DNA of 63,378 nt, counting the filler, from Pelomyxa schiedti (taxonomy: Eukaryota; Protista; Evosea): the NCBI GenBank assembly GCA_020536535.1. It is 16 parts of 16 records of this genome, joined end to end, with 100 filler letters (N's around TTAATTAATTAA, not from the genome) between each part and the next. Parts side by side here need not be neighbours in the genome. Positions count along the whole stretch, not along the records: positions 9,003 to 15,202 come from JAHLWZ010001439.1; positions 15,303 to 17,275 come from JAHLWZ010002190.1; positions 17,376 to 24,449 come from JAHLWZ010001377.1; 13 more parts are not named here. One strand, given 5' to 3'. Both the position numbers and the translations under genes were made by a program. Below, in pieces: positions 11,406-22,127 of this stretch. Below the pieces are notes generated by a model. It was not told the origin of the DNA, searched no databases, and saw only the letters and a program-made list of their open reading frames with translations. Numbering within the stretch: the first letter of the stretch is position 1; every line of letters begins with the position of its first letter.

Positions 11406-12741
11406 TTAGTCCACAAAATAGAAGTCATGGTTCATTGGCACCCTCCAGTTGGAGGGGAAACCAAGAGCCAGAACAACAAAGCCAGAACGAGCATCAACCA
11501 AACTCATCTTCTTGTTTGTTCCCTCATCATCATTGGCGATTTGAACCAGGAAGCCACACACCAGCAGTCAAGAGTGTGTCAGCAACAACTCTCATTGGCT
11601 GCTCGGTGTCATTGCAATCCCACAGCTCAGAGCGCAGCCCCTTGTGTGAAATGCAGAACAGTGAGTCACTCAAACGTGACACTTCACAGCAATATCCACC
11701 GTCCATCTGCTTCACTGTTCCACTGGGTCTCATTTCCACAACGAATATCTTATTGGGAGGTGCAGTGGCAGCACCTGGATTCGGCACCCATACCTGGATA
11801 ACACAAACACGCGTTCCAGTTTTTTTGAACAGAAGGAATCCCTCACGAATCTCCCCTGCTGGAAAATTGGATACCAGAGAGCACACCACAGCCAGGTTAC
11901 CACTTGAGAATGTCTGCTGTGCATCCGCAACAAGGAGCGTCTTATCCTGGGTCCCCAATCCTCTCAGAGATGGCCTGATAACCAGCAGGAATTCATCAGG
12001 ATTTGACTTTCCCATGCCCAAGAACTCAGCACTCTCTGGCTTCACTGCTGCAGCGATCATCACACACCAAGGAATTGGCAGACTTCCGTTCTGGTTCTTA
12101 ACCACCGGAACCACGATACTTTGGAGGAACATGCACTCCCTATCCGCACTGAGTCCACACCACCACTTCCTGTTGCAGTAGTAACTCCCTCGGATCCCCC
12201 ACTCCCTTACAAACTCCAGCCTCATCACCACATCAACTCCCAATGTTTCCCTCGTGTTTCCTACTCTCCCCCCTGGTTCTTTCCCTCCCGAACCAGCTCC
12301 TCCTCCCCCCGTCACCCTCCGCCTCATCAACACACACCCCCCGCCGCCCTCAGGGTTTGGGCCTGCCCAGTGGTCGGCGTCGGGCCGCCGGTGCGGCGGG
12401 ACGAATGGCTCCAGGGTGGCCGAGACCCCGCGGGGGGTGACGCTGAGGAGCAGCGGGGACACTCCCGCGCGGTGCACGAGCTGCTGGTGGCTGGTGTTCC
12501 TGGTGGTGCCCACGGGGATCACGAAGCGGCGCTCGGTGGCGGCCACGCAGAGGTCCCACAGGAGGCGGAGCAGAGGGGGCGTGAGGGCGCGGGCGGGGCT
12601 GCGGGTGCCGCACCGCGGGTGGGCGGACGTGGCCAGCGCTAGGAATTGGTCGCGAGCGCGCAGAGTCACTGTGACGACTGGCAGTGGCTCCTCCACCTCC
12701 TCGCAGTGTCTGTGGTGACACCTGTCTGTTGAATTGCCCAT
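11406..12741 (-). pseudogene. HPRCG-family member 4, 2-nt (GT) loss near the 3' end
   Basis: Frame breaks at about 11555-11561. The shifted frame gives GFLVQIANDDEGTNKKMSLVDARSGF...HDFYFVD*, matching members 3 and 5. Confidence 0.8.
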
Positions 12742-12829
12742 CGTTTAAAAAGAACTGTTTAAGTTACATACCACGTATTTAGATCGTAAAAAGCAAACAA
12801 CAAAGTGTTCTCAGAACCTGGCGTGTTCG

Positions 12830-14176
12830 TCAATCAACAAAATAGAAGTCATGGTGCATCTGCAGCTTCCAGTTGGGAGTGAAATCAAGAGTCAGAACAA
12901 CGAAACCAGAAAGAGCATCAACCAAACTCATCTTCTTGTTTCGTCCCTCGTCTGTGATTCGAACGAGGAAACCACGCACACCAGCAGCAAATAGTGTGTC
13001 CTGCACAACTCTTATTGGCTTGCCTGTGTCGTTGCAATCCCACAGTTCATAACACTGGGTCTTCTGGTATGAAAGGCAGAAGATGGAGTCACTCACACGT
13101 GACAGTCCACAGCCACCTTTCAGTTGCATCACTGTTCCACTGTATTTCATTTCCACAACGAATATTTGAGTTGGTGGCCCACTTGGATTGGGTACCAATA
13201 CCTGGAGAACACAAACCAGCACACCAGTTCTTTTAATCAGAATGAATCCCTCACGAACCCTTCCTGCCGGGAAAGTCCTGGCCACAGAGCAAACCACAGA
13301 CAGGTTACCACTTGAGAATGTCTGTTGCGCATCCACCAGAAGGATCCTCTTTTCGTGTGCCCCAGCTTCCGCCAAATTGGGCCGCAACACCACCAACAGT
13401 TCATTTGGGTTTGACTTTCCCATGCCCAAGAAGTCCACACTCTCTGGATTCACAGCTACTGCAAATATAACACTCTTGGGCTCTGCTAGTATTGACGGTT
13501 GTTGTTGCGGCTGCTGGTGGTCCTTAACTTTTGGCGCGACGAGGCTCTGAAGGCACATCCAATTCCTGCTCAAGTTTAGTCCACACCACCATTTTTTATT
13601 GCAGTAGTAACTCCCATCATGATCCCACGTGGGGCCCTTGACATACTCCAGCCGCAGAACATCGACGCCAACGCCACGAGAGTGTCCAGGACCAAACACG
13701 TACTTATGGTCTATTCCTGTTACTGCGTCCCCCTTGGGATCTCCTCGTCCATCATCTTCTTCTGCACTCCTGTCTTTGAGCACAAACCCATAACCGCCAT
13801 CTGGCAGGAAGGTCTGAACGGAAACGTGGTGGTCCGCGTCTACCCACCAGTTGGGCGGCGGGGCGTGCGTCTCCAAGTTGGCCACGACGCCGCGGGGACT
13901 GACGCTGAGCAGCAACGGCGACACACCCACGTAGTACATTAGATTCTGGTTGAGGTCCCCCGTTACCACTGGAATTACGAAGCGCCTCTCGATCGAGCAG
14001 AGATCCCACACGAGGGCTAGGAGAGGCGGAGTGAGGACCCGCGGGGGGCTGCGGGCGCCGCATCGCGGTTGAGTCGACGTAGCGAGGGCTAGGCATTGGT
14101 CGCGAGCACGCAGGGCCACAGTTACCACCGGCAGTGGATCCTGGCTCCGCGATTGGGCCGTTAGGTGGTTGCCCAT
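12830..14176 (-). CDS. HPRCG-family member 5, intact and intronless
   Basis: MGNHLT...ARDQCLALATSTQPRCGARSPPRVLTPPLLALVWDLC...YELWDCNDTGKPIR...FYFVD*. Confidence 0.9.
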   Translation of the reverse strand: MGNHLTAQSRSQDPLPVVTVALRARDQCLALATSTQPRCGARSPPRVLTPPLLALVWDLCSIERRFVIPVVTGDLNQNLMYYVGVSPLLLSVSPRGVVANLETHAPPPNWWVDADHHVSVQTFLPDGGYGFVLKDRSAEEDDGRGDPKGDAVTGIDHKYVFGPGHSRGVGVDVLRLEYVKGPTWDHDGSYYCNKKWWCGLNLSRNWMCLQSLVAPKVKDHQQPQQQPSILAEPKSVIFAVAVNPESVDFLGMGKSNPNELLVVLRPNLAEAGAHEKRILLVDAQQTFSSGNLSVVCSVARTFPAGRVREGFILIKRTGVLVCVLQVLVPNPSGPPTQIFVVEMKYSGTVMQLKGGCGLSRVSDSIFCLSYQKTQCYELWDCNDTGKPIRVVQDTLFAAGVRGFLVRITDEGRNKKMSLVDALSGFVVLTLDFTPNWKLQMHHDFYFVD

Positions 14177-14439
14177 TGTTTTTGCATCAAAATTAGTTAT
14201 TCGCTGAAGATGATGAAGGGTGCGTGCACCCAGAAACTCTTCTTAATACAGAAGCAGAAATTGTTTGTAGCTCCAACATGCTTTCCTCTGGAGTAAGAAG
14301 GATAGGATTCCTCCTTGATTTCCGTTTTTGGAAAGACAGCGTCACTTTTCAGTTGCACCAGTGTTGTTAGTCTTCACAAATAAATCTTGACACCCGACGC
14401 GCGACGCGACGCACGCTCTTTGTGTTTTGACACATCGCC

Positions 14440-15185
14440 ATGTCTACGACGACCAGCGAAGACCAGCAACAACACGCTCCCCCTGCCGAAGCGGCGACGA
14501 CTCCCGCAGCCGACGCGACACCTAAAACCGAAACCCCCGACGAGGTGGTGGTAGCACCTGACGCGACCGAGAAACTAACAACACCAACAACAACACCAAC
14601 AACAACGCCAACAACAACGCCAACAACAGCGGCGACTGCGCCCGAAACCCCCGCGACGAAGGCGGATGATGTTGTTGTTGTTGCTGCTGTTGCTGTTGTG
14701 GAGCAGCACAAGAAGGAGGAGGACACAGGGGTGGTGCCTGGGAAGGAGGAGGCGCCCTCGGTGAAGGAGCCATCACCCGCACCTACACCAACAACGCAGA
14801 ATGCGAGCGATAGTGGTGCTGCAAAAACCACAACCGCGACCGCACCTGCAACTGCAACGCCTGCTGCTGCTGCTAATGCTACTGGCGGCGGAGGCAAGAA
14901 AAAGAAGAAGAAGGGTGGTGCTGCTGCTGCGACAGGTGATTCCGCGGCGGCTACTGGTACTACACAGGCACCCCCGGTGAAGGAGGAACCGCAGGCGCCC
15001 GCGGCAAAGGGAGGGAAGGCTGCAAAGGCACAAAAGCAGGAGCAACAGCAGCCGGCCAAGGCAGCAAAGCAGAAGAAGCAGCAGGAGAAACAGGGGAAGA
15101 AGGCCAAGGCAAAGAAGAAGGAGACTCTATCCCTTGCTGAATTCACTAAAGACGTTAAGCCGGTTCTCCCAACTGCTCCAAGGAG
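14440..15185 (+). CDS. eIF4B-like protein, first exon (truncated by contig end)
   Basis: Long T/A/P/K-rich leader, then KKKETLSLAEF...VLPTAPR, matching the eIF4B N-terminal K-rich/SL.(D/E)F and LPTAPR motifs that precede the RRM. GT donor at 15186. Confidence 0.55.
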
Positions 15186-15302
15186 GTAGTTTTTTTTTAA
15201 AGNNNNNNNNNNNNNNNNNNNNNNNNNNNNNNNNNNNNNNNNNNNNTTAATTAATTAANNNNNNNNNNNNNNNNNNNNNNNNNNNNNNNNNNNNNNNNNN
15301 NN

Positions 15303-15504
15303 GCCTGAGCACCCAGTCTTTGGCCCACTTCCTGACGAGGCTCGGCGATTGCACCCATAATTTCAACGACGGGCAGCAGCTTGCGGAGCACCTCGCGACG
15401 CCACAACAACACAGTGCAACCACCTGTGACTGAGCCGACGTCGTCGTAGTCGTCGTCATGCCTTTTTGAATGGCGTCACCGTCCCGCGATCGTGTCTGAC
15501 CCAT
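15303..15504 (-). CDS. Divergent HPRCG-family member 9, 5' fragment
   Basis: MGQTRS...SAQSQVVALCCCGVARCSASCCPSLKLWVQSPSLVRKWAKDWVL; degenerate version of the family motif. Confidence 0.55.
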
Positions 15505-15678
15505 TTCTCCGAAAAAGTTAGTGATTCGAATTCGTGGAAGTTAGTGATTACTTCCACGAGCAGTTGAGGCGCAGGGGAATTGTGCCAAAGGAGTCAAACT
15601 CTTTGGTCAATCTCTTGCCATTCTAATTCATTCGCGATCTAAAGTCTGTCCCACTAGCTAGATTCACCGAGAACCGTG

Positions 15679-17275
15679 ATGGCATCATCAACGAGGCTCA
15701 AGGTGGGAACACGTGAGATGCAGTGGGCGCTCCAACCACGAGTGTACTTCCACGAGCAGTTGCGGGCGCTACTGACGTCATCGCACCCGAGGTGCGGACG
15801 ATACAGCCCAGCGAGAGTCCTCCCAGTGTCCCTCATCCGCCAAATGGCCGACATTTGGTCCCCTGGTTCCGTTTTCGTTCGCAGTTGCTCTCCCACGTGG
15901 GCCACGCCGACAGTAGCAGTGATTGTGGGAATGTCAAAGCACACACTGGGAGTGACGACCAGGGATTCCATAATCAAACAAATGGACCTTGGGGACAACG
16001 TTGTGTGGATGACCGACGACGGAAGCCTCTGCCTGCGCCCAGTTCAACGCCCAGTGCCTGCTGCTGTGTGTGACATTGTGAATGGGTGCGAGGTGCCAAT
16101 TCCGGAATCAGGCAATTTATGCACAGCGAAAGGCAGAGGCCAGTGGATAATTGACTCCTTAAGTTCACAGTGGAACATGTGGAGGGTGGTGGTTAGTCCT
16201 CCTCCTGTTGTGCAGTGTGGTGGGAGAACAAGTGATTGTGAGGTGGATTCAAAAAAGGGATTGCTGTGCGTGCTGGGTCCAAGGAAGCTGGCCACCTGCA
16301 AGGAATGTGAGAGTGCCCACCACATGTTTTTCAAGTCCTTTGTGGGTGATGGCAGTTTCTTTTGGGTGTGTTGCTACGCACACCATCACCATTTCATACA
16401 CTTGATTGATTCAGCAAGGGCATGGGAAACTGGTGAGATTGTTCCTGTGGATACTGTGGACATGGTGAAACCTGTGGAATGGGGTGTACTGGGTGTATCT
16501 GTTTACCAGTGCTTCTGGGGATCCAGGAGGGTGTTGGCAAATACTATCTCTTACATGTATGACATGGGAGGAGGAACTCCCAGGGAACTCTGCGCTTCAA
16601 CGTGTCGTCGTGCCGTCACAGATACCCTTTTTATTGCTGAGAGAGAAGTCGGGAGTAATGAGTGCTGCATGTGGGATTTCAGTGGTAATTCCCAGGAGGT
16701 GAAGGTGTTTGGGATCCCATGTGTGTGCAGAGGTCTGACCGCTGCTGGTGATTTCGTTATTGTGGAGGAAAGCTGCTCCAAAGTTCATCTTGTTGATCCT
16801 GCTTCTGGTCTTGCCATTTTGCTATTTTCACGTTGCAATTACTATGATGAATACTTGTGTCATTTGTGGAAGTGTTCATGGGTGAGAGTGTGTTGCAACA
16901 CCAAAGATTGGACACTGTCTGTCGTAGTCGTTGATTTCTGTGAAAAGAACTTTTTTGATCTTCATCCCACCTTCTCTTTCGTTCTTTTTCCTCTGTGGGG
17001 CTTTATTCTCTTCCCACAGAAGCTAACAGAGGGAGTCGTGAGTGGTTATTTGGAGACAACAAAGGTCATTCTGCTGCTCTACCAACTGAGCTACACCTTT
17101 GGGTTTGCCTGTTTTGTTTGGAAACAAACACACACATCGGCAGTCACTACATTTAAAAAAAGAACAACAACTGTGATGGAACCTCCTGCAAGCGGGAACA
17201 CCATGACGAAGTCTTGGCCAAATGGTGTTGAGACCCCTGACTCCAGTTTTGCTGCTTCGAACCCCAGTTCATACA
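15679..17275 (+). CDS. HPRCG-family member 6 (divergent); frame stays open to the contig end
   Basis: FHEQLRALLTSSHPRCGRYSPARVLPVSLIRQMADIW...LIDSARAWETG...CCMWDFSG...HLVDPASGLAIL. Family similarity ends near 16830. Confidence 0.75.
17066..17100 (-). pseudogene. tRNA 5'-half remnant (intact D-arm/A-box, no T-arm)
   Basis: Minus strand GGTGTAGCTCAGTTGGTAGAGCAGCAGA; no GTTCRA loop downstream. Confidence 0.5.
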
Positions 17276-17578
17276 NNNNNNNNNNNNNNNNNNNNNNNNN
17301 NNNNNNNNNNNNNNNNNNNTTAATTAATTAANNNNNNNNNNNNNNNNNNNNNNNNNNNNNNNNNNNNNNNNNNNNGATAATGCACTGTAACAATACAAAA
17401 ATTTACCTTGCACTTGTTTGGTGTGAGGTGGCAGCTGTTTTTTCACAAGGGTCCACATATGTTCTTCACAAAACAAAAAAAATTTTCCCCTTAGAACTAC
17501 CAACTGTCCACCTTGTCTACATGTTGCAGACTCAAACCTGTTAAAAACATTGAAACAACATGGCTTTTCCCCATTGGT

Positions 17579-17705
17579 AAAACAGCCGCCCGGGTGGCTG
17601 TTTTATTTTTTTTTCCTTATTAAAACAGCCGCCCGGTGGCTGTTTTGAGGGGGCGGCTGGGCGGCTTTTTTTACAGGAAAGTGATAGGGAAAAAAACAGC
17701 CGCCC
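17579..17705. repeat. Cluster of AAAACAGCCGCCC direct and inverted copies forming two near-perfect palindromes
   Basis: 17579-17604 and 17622-17646 are self-complementary. GGGCGGCT copies near 17651-17667; another AAAACAGCCGCCC at 17693-17705. Confidence 0.85.
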
Positions 17706-18351
17706 TTTGACCCAGATATGCACTTCTGGCGTGATCCTTCAAGAGGTTGCAGATGTCAGTGCTGTTGACTCTTGTTGCCAAATCGAGTGCCGTTTCACCT
17801 TTTCTGGTCTTGCAGTTTGTGTCGATTCCCTTTACTCAGAGCAGAGCCTTCACCCCTTCCTCGTGTCTCCCCTCACAAGCCACGTGCAGCGCCGTGAGGC
17901 CAACGAGCTCCGGGAAACCCGTTGCTTCCCCCGCCAAGTTGACATCCACACGCGGGCACTCAAGCAGCGCCACAACAGCACCCATCCAGCGCCCCACGCA
18001 TGCCCCGACCAGCGGGCACCCCTTGTTCACATCCACGTCGGATCTCGCCACCAGCACCCTCACCAATGCATCGTGGCCGTGCCAAGCCGCGAGGCACAGT
18101 GGCGTCTGACGGCACCTGGCGGTTGTGACGTTCGGGTCGATCCGGGGGTTGCGCGATGCACCTACGCAGAGGAGCTCCCGCAAGAGCGGCTCGTGCCCTA
18201 ACGCGCACGCGTAGTGAAGCATGGTCCAACCATCACCATCGTAGATGGGGGTGTTGATGTCCCACGTGGGCGACGGAAACTCGGGCATGATGCCACGCCC
18301 GCACGCATCGCGCATGGCCTGGTACTGATTCTGAGACGGTGGCCTTGACAT
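17706..18351 (-). pseudogene. Ankyrin-repeat pseudogene, paralogue of 19474-21943
   Basis: WDINTP...TMLHYACALGH...TPLCLAAWHGH...TALHVACEG, in-frame TGA at 17836-17838, then VKGIDTNCKTRKGETALDLA; ends at the palindrome cluster. Confidence 0.85.
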
Positions 18352-18456
18352 GGGTTTGTTGTTTGATCGGACTTCAAGATCTGTAACTGTATCACTGGTT
18401 GTTAGGTGAAGATGATAATCCTCGTCATCCTGCTGAACTAAACAAAAACGAGCAAA

Positions 18457-19330
18457 CTAAATTGAGTGCAATGTGTTGAGAGCATCAGAAGCAGAGAGCC
18501 TGGTGGCACGATCACGTGACATCATCCCAACAAGCACCTGTGCAATGGTGGTGCTCATCTCCGTCGTGGATCTTGCTGTTCCCGTTGTTGTTATGGCTGG
18601 CATTGTGGCTGTGGGTGTGTTTCCATTGTTGATGTTCCAGTTCAGAGGGAGGAGAGGAGGGAGAAACTCAGTGGAGAAGGTGAACATGTCTTGTTTGAAC
18701 TGGCCAATGAACTTGTTGGTGGGTGGCAGCATGGCATCGTAAAAGGTGAGGGCGAGGGAGAATGAGTCACACTTGGCAAACGAGAACACACAGGACGGGC
18801 CATGCATCCTCATGAGGTCCCTGGAGAGTGCACTCACCTCGGGTGGCATTGTCCCTGCGTTTCCCCACACTTGGCTTTCACCCCTCGTCACTGTAACTTG
18901 CAAGTCGTCAGTGGAACACTCCACAGCTTCTCCAAAGTCAATCAATGTGAGAGGGAAGATCCTCAAAAGCAATCCTGACTTGTGATCGCTTGCAGTCGTT
19001 GTTGCTGTTTTCAGAGAATGTTGCACCATGTGCCTTCTCCTTGTTCAACATGTGACATCATGTGATTGTTTGCTTGTTGCCGTTTTTGTGTCAATTCCAT
19101 TGACTTGGAGCAGAACCTTCACGCCTTCCACGAATCCCTCTACACAAGCCACGTGCAGTGCTGTATGATCATGATCCGCCCAACAACCGACTCGTGCCCT
19201 TTCATGCACGGCAAGCGGTAACTATCATTGAGGGTGTTGATGTCCCACGTGGGATGTGGAGGGGGGGAGGGGGTAGTGGGTGATGGTGTGTTGTCTTCCA
19301 GCCTGAAAGTCGTTTTACAGCCAGTAGGCT
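18457..19330 (-). pseudogene. Internally deleted ankyrin-kinase paralogue (ankyrin scraps fused to kinase C-lobe)
   Basis: PTWDINT.., TALHVACVEGFVEGVKVLLQVNGIDT in shifting frames, then LTLIDFGEAVEC...WGNAGTMPPE...KCDSFSLALTF...MMSRDRATRLSASDAL*. N-lobe and HRD absent. Confidence 0.8.
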
Positions 19331-19473
19331 TGCTGACAAATTGTGTTGTTACCTCATGGGCAGAAGCGGGTGTGTGTTTCAGTAGAATACGCGAGCACAC
19401 TCACATCATGATGCATCGTTGTCAATTAGGCGAAAAAACCTTGAACCGATAAATCAACCCATTTGAACCCGTG

Positions 19474-21943
19474 ATGACAACAGCACTGTCAGAGGATCAG
19501 CGCGAGGCCATGCGTGAGGCGTGCTGGCGTGGTGTAATGCCCGAGCTGCCGTCATCGCCGACATGGGACATCAACACCCCCATCGGCCGTGATGGCGAGA
19601 CCATGCTCCACCTTGCGTGCCTGAACGGCGACGTTTCACTTGTACAGCAGGTCCTCGGTGCAGTGGGCGCGGCATCGCGCAGCCCCCCGATCGACCCAAA
19701 CACACCCGACGGGCATGGCCTGACGCCACTGTGGTACGCTGCCCGTTGGGGCAAGGAGGCAGTCGTGAGGCTGCTGGTGGCAAGGCCCGACGTGGGCGTG
19801 AACGTGGCGTACCCGCTGCACATCGCATGTTGGGGCCACCGCACCAAGGCGGTGGCGGCGTTGCTCGAGTGCCCGCGCGTGGACGTCAACTTGGTGGCGC
19901 GGACAGGGGCGGACAAGTCTCTTGACGGTCGAACGGCACTGCACGTGGCTTGTGAGGAGGCATCCCTGGAAGGGGTGAAGGCTCTGCTAGAAGTCAATGG
20001 GATCGACACAAACTGCAAAAACAACAAAGGTGAAACACCACTCGATGTGGCAACGAGAAGGCAGTGCCCTGGTATCTGCAACCTCTTGAGGGATCACAAC
20101 GCCAGGCTGCAATCCTCAAAGCCCGCCACCACCATCACCATCAACACACCAGAAAGTAGCAGCACATTTGAAGTTGAGATGAGAGAGAAAGAGAGAGAAA
20201 TTGCAAGAATCACAGTGGAGAACAAGAGGCTTGGAGATGAAATGAACGAGAGGGTGTTGATTCTGGAAGGGAAACTGCAAGAAAAGGAGAAGAGGATCCT
20301 GACACTCGAGGAGGAGAACTCTGTTCTCAAATCATGTTACCAGGTATTGTATTCTCTATTTCATTTGACTTCATCAACTGACTAAAATTTCTTCACTCCA
20401 CCTTGTGAAAATTCAAAAAGGAAACAGAGGCAGCTCTCTGTGAACAACAAACTGATGCAGAAAACCTGAGGAAAGACCTCACAGAAGAAGTGGAAAGATA
20501 CAAGGTTTTCCTTCCTCTCTTTACAACACACACAAGTCACTCAAAAAACCCCTGCCATGAATCAGACAATTGTGAACACAATGACATCACTTATTTCAGC
20601 AACCATTGATGATTTTGGGGTGATGAAACTGCTTGGCACAGGTTCCAATGCTGCTGCGTTCCACGTGCAACACCGATCCACAATGTTCAACAACCACAGC
20701 ACCAACAACCAAATAAGTTCCACTTCAACAACAGCCTCAGCTCAAACAAGAACAACAACAAGAACGAGAACAGACATGGTGATGAAGGTGGTTTTCAACT
20801 GGGAGAACGCACCACGGCAGACACTTGTGAGGCAGAAATACATGGTTGAATGTGTTGCGCTCTCATTGGTTCCAAATCACCCAAACGTGATCCACCCTCT
20901 TGGTGCTTTGGTCATCCCTTGGTAGTTATTTATTTATTTTTCACCACTTCTTCTCTCTCAATCAAGTCAATAAATAACTCACAGAGACTGTTTTAAATAG
21001 CCTTCCAGCAGAATTTGCCGAGAAAATACCAAGTGATAAAAGCTTTTATCGACAGCTGGGAAACAACAAGTCTTTGGCCATTCTCATGCCCCATTGTGGG
21101 ATCACACTGTCATCGTTCCTCTCTTCCCCCAGCAGCAATTGCATGACGACAGTCCAAGTTGCACAGAATCTGTTTGTTCAAGGACTCAAAGCCATCTTCC
21201 ACATTGAGTCTCATTTCGTTGTTCACAGGTTTGTTGGTTTGTTCCCATCCCACCCTTCTCAAAAAATACCCCAACCCGCTTCTTCCCAACCTTTCTTCCA
21301 ACCCCATCACGGCACTCTTGTTTGTAACTGACTGACTTCCAAACACAGGGACATCAAGGGAGACAACATCCTTGTTGAGCCAGAGACTGGCAAACTGACA
21401 CTGATCGACTTTGGTGAGGCACTCCACTGCCCAAACATGGAGATGATGGTGACTGCCACTTCGCAGGCATGGGGCAACACAGGCACAATTCCACCAGAGC
21501 TGAGCACGTTCCTCAAGAGCCTCACAAGGGGAACCAGTGGTGTGTTCTCATTCTCAAAGTGTGACTCTTTTGCTCTCGCTCTCACTTTCTGGAACGCTCT
21601 TCTGCCACCTGACCACAAGTTCATTGGCAACCATGACGTGAGCCGTGACATGAGTTCATTCAACACCCAGTCCCTTCTCAGTGACTTTCCAGTCCCCTTG
21701 TTTTCACCATCACCACCATCAGTATTAACAGCGGGGCAGGTGTCAACAAGGGCAGCAGCAGCATTGCAGCAAGCACAACCAACACCAACAGCAACAAAAA
21801 GGAGGCGCCAGAACAACAGCATCACCAACGAAATCAACGGGCAAACAGGGCTTCTTGAGACTGTGATGATTGAGATGATGAACCCTGACAAATCAGCCAG
21901 GCTGGGTGCTGCTGATGCCATCCACTCACTCACTTCTTGTTAG
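19474..21943 (+). CDS. Ankyrin repeats + coiled coil + Ser/Thr-type protein kinase, five exons
   Basis: About 4 ankyrin repeats; LGTGSNAAAF, VMK, HRDIKGDN (split by an intron), DFG, GTIPPE. Introns 20344-20420, 20505-20565, 20922-21000 and 21229-21348 restore the frame. Confidence 0.9.
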
Positions 21944-22127
21944 AGAGCCTGGCACCGATGATTCGCTCCCCTAAGGGCTCTGCCTGTAACCAACAAATAA
22001 TCAATGCACACCGAGGTTAACTGTTGTTAACAAAAGTGTTCTCTGACATACAGCACTGGTCAACGGAATCACATTCGCCAGCCTTGATTTTTCATCATCG
22101 ACACGATCAAAAAAATCAAGGCGGAGG

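Noticed and set aside
7724-14100. Many long overlapping antisense and alternate-frame ORFs (also 32-35 kb, 38.6-39.6 kb, 52.4-54 kb, 58-60 kb)
   Set aside because: Shadow ORFs of GC-rich or low-complexity genes on the other strand or frame.
15247-15258. ORFs ending in ...LIN or running through X tracts
   Set aside because: Translation of the artificial TTAATTAATTAA linker.
17836-17838. In-frame TGA in an ankyrin gene as possible selenocysteine, readthrough or recoding
   Set aside because: TGA ends intact genes here (eEF2). Paralogues have Glu/Gln at this site, the gene is also truncated, and no SECIS-like element was seen; a nonsense mutation is simpler.
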